Origin: an uncultured Phycisphaerales bacterium
GTDB taxonomy: Bacteria > Planctomycetota > Phycisphaerae > Tepidisphaerales > Tepidisphaeraceae
Direction: 5' to 3'
Length of the DNA stretch: 64,000 nucleotides
NCBI GenBank assembly: GCA_963844715.1
Contig: CAWJPJ010000008.1
Coordinates: 544,001-608,000 of the forward strand
The notes below the pieces were generated by a model. That model ran no database searches, was not told the origin of the DNA, and saw nothing but the letters and a program-made list of their open reading frames with translations. The position numbers and the translations under genes were made by a program. Positions 62,961 through 64,000 of this stretch are shown in pieces (positions within the stretch are counted from its first letter, which is position 1; each line of letters starts with the position of its first letter).

Positions 62961-63785
62961 ATGGCCGTCGGTTTTGTCGAAAAGGTGGGGCGAAACACCA
63001 ACAACGCGCTCGCGTCGTTTGGGGATTTCTGCACGTTCGCGTTCAGGACCTTTGCGTGGCTGTTTCAGGGGGGCCTGAGATGGCGCAATCTCCGGCTGCT
63101 TCTGCCGCAAATGTACGAAGTCGGGGCTCGCTCGGTGCCGGTCGTGGCGGTCACCGGCGCGTTCATCGGCATGGTCATGGCCGTGGAAACCTATACGCAG
63201 TTCAAATCCATCGGGCAGGAAGATCGGCTTGGCAGCGTGATCATCCTGTCGGTCGTCAAGCAAATTGGGCCGGTGCTTGCGTCGGTGATGCTGGCCGGCC
63301 GCATCGGCGGGGCGCTGACGGCGGAACTGGGGACCATGAATGTGACGGAGCAGCTCGATGCCCTGCGCGTCATGGGGGCCGACCCGATTCGATTTCTGGT
63401 GGTTCCGCGCTTTATCGCGTGCGTCATCCTGACGCCGATGCTGACGATTTACAGCGATATCACGGGAATCGCCGGGGGTTGGTTTATCGCGGTGAAGGTT
63501 CTGGGCGTGCCGAGCGGACCGTTCTGGCATTACGCCCAGCTTGGGGTGGAAATGTGGCAGGTGAACGAGGGGATCATCAAGTCGTTCTTCTTCGGGGCGG
63601 CGATCGCGCTGATCGCCTGTTACAAGGGGTTCACCTGCGGAGCGGGCGCCAGCGGCGTGGGGCGCGCCTGCACGGAAAGCTTCGTGGCCAGTTTCATCTG
63701 CATCATCATCATGAATTTCTTCTTTGCCCAATTGGCACACGACTGGTACGAAGCGATCTACGGAATGCGCAGCGTTTTCGGCTGA
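62961..63785 (+). CDS. mlaE: MlaE-family lipid asymmetry ABC permease
   Basis: GPVL..AGRIGG..TAELGTM.VTEQLDAL..MG.DP..LVVPR. Confidence 0.9.
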   Translation: MAVGFVEKVGRNTNNALASFGDFCTFAFRTFAWLFQGGLRWRNLRLLLPQMYEVGARSVPVVAVTGAFIGMVMAVETYTQFKSIGQEDRLGSVIILSVVKQIGPVLASVMLAGRIGGALTAELGTMNVTEQLDALRVMGADPIRFLVVPRFIACVILTPMLTIYSDITGIAGGWFIAVKVLGVPSGPFWHYAQLGVEMWQVNEGIIKSFFFGAAIALIACYKGFTCGAGASGVGRACTESFVASFICIIIMNFFFAQLAHDWYEAIYGMRSVFG

Positions 63786-63790
63786 TTCTC

Positions 63791-64000
63791 ATGGCGCTCA
63801 TCGAACTACGAAACGTATACAAGCGCTTCGGCTGGCTGGTCGTGCTGAACGGCGTCAGCCTGAACATCGAGAAGGGGCAATCGCTCGTCGTCATCGGAGC
63901 CAGCGGCAGCGGAAAAAGCGTGCTGCTCAAGCACATCGTCGGGTTGCTCAAGCCGGACGCGGGCCAGGTGTATTTCGACGGGCAGCGGATCGACAACCTT
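63791..64000 (+). CDS. mlaF: MlaF-family ABC ATPase, 5' part (runs off the window)
   Basis: VLNGVSL..IGASGSGKSVLLKHIVGLLKPD; follows mlaE. Confidence 0.8.
   Translation, partial: MALIELRNVYKRFGWLVVLNGVSLNIEKGQSLVVIGASGSGKSVLLKHIVGLLKPDAGQVYFDGQRIDNL

Noticed and set aside
1..64000. tRNA, rRNA, CRISPR array, prophage or integron
   Set aside because: No cloverleaf with T-loop, rRNA-like tract, regularly spaced repeat-spacer series, phage genes or integrase seen

Overview
GC-rich bacterial chromosome segment. By inference from gene content it is most likely Planctomycetota (Phycisphaerae/Tepidisphaerales-like): lysS-lolCE-lolD, an HTH-REC regulator, a TPR-YggX fusion and T-Q-P-rich linkers. 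It is mostly housekeeping and envelope genes: secD(5' end)-yajC-tgt, der, an EmrAB-TolC-type efflux operon, rnhA, 2-oxoacid:ferredoxin oxidoreductase, prmC, rplM-rpsI, rpsD, a signalling cluster, pstB-phoU, lysS-lolCE-lolD-ilvE and mlaE-mlaF. More than 20 genes, including essential ones, carry indel frameshifts, which most plausibly reflect long-read assembly errors. Highlights: (1) one complete IS5-family element with 16-bp TIRs and a CTAA duplication, splitting a reconstructable gene; (2) an orphan RnfC/RnfD-like pair that has lost its flavin-binding motifs and is coupled to a GT-C glycosyltransferase; (3) three tandem GT87-like glycosyltransferases next to a galU-like gene; (4) a strong 6S RNA candidate with its own promoter and terminator; (5) several unannotated small-RNA candidates (a C-rich-loop tandem pair, an ECF-driven anti-SD RNA, a 125-nt branched rod); (6) several families of intergenic palindromic repeats. 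No tRNA, rRNA or CRISPR array was seen.
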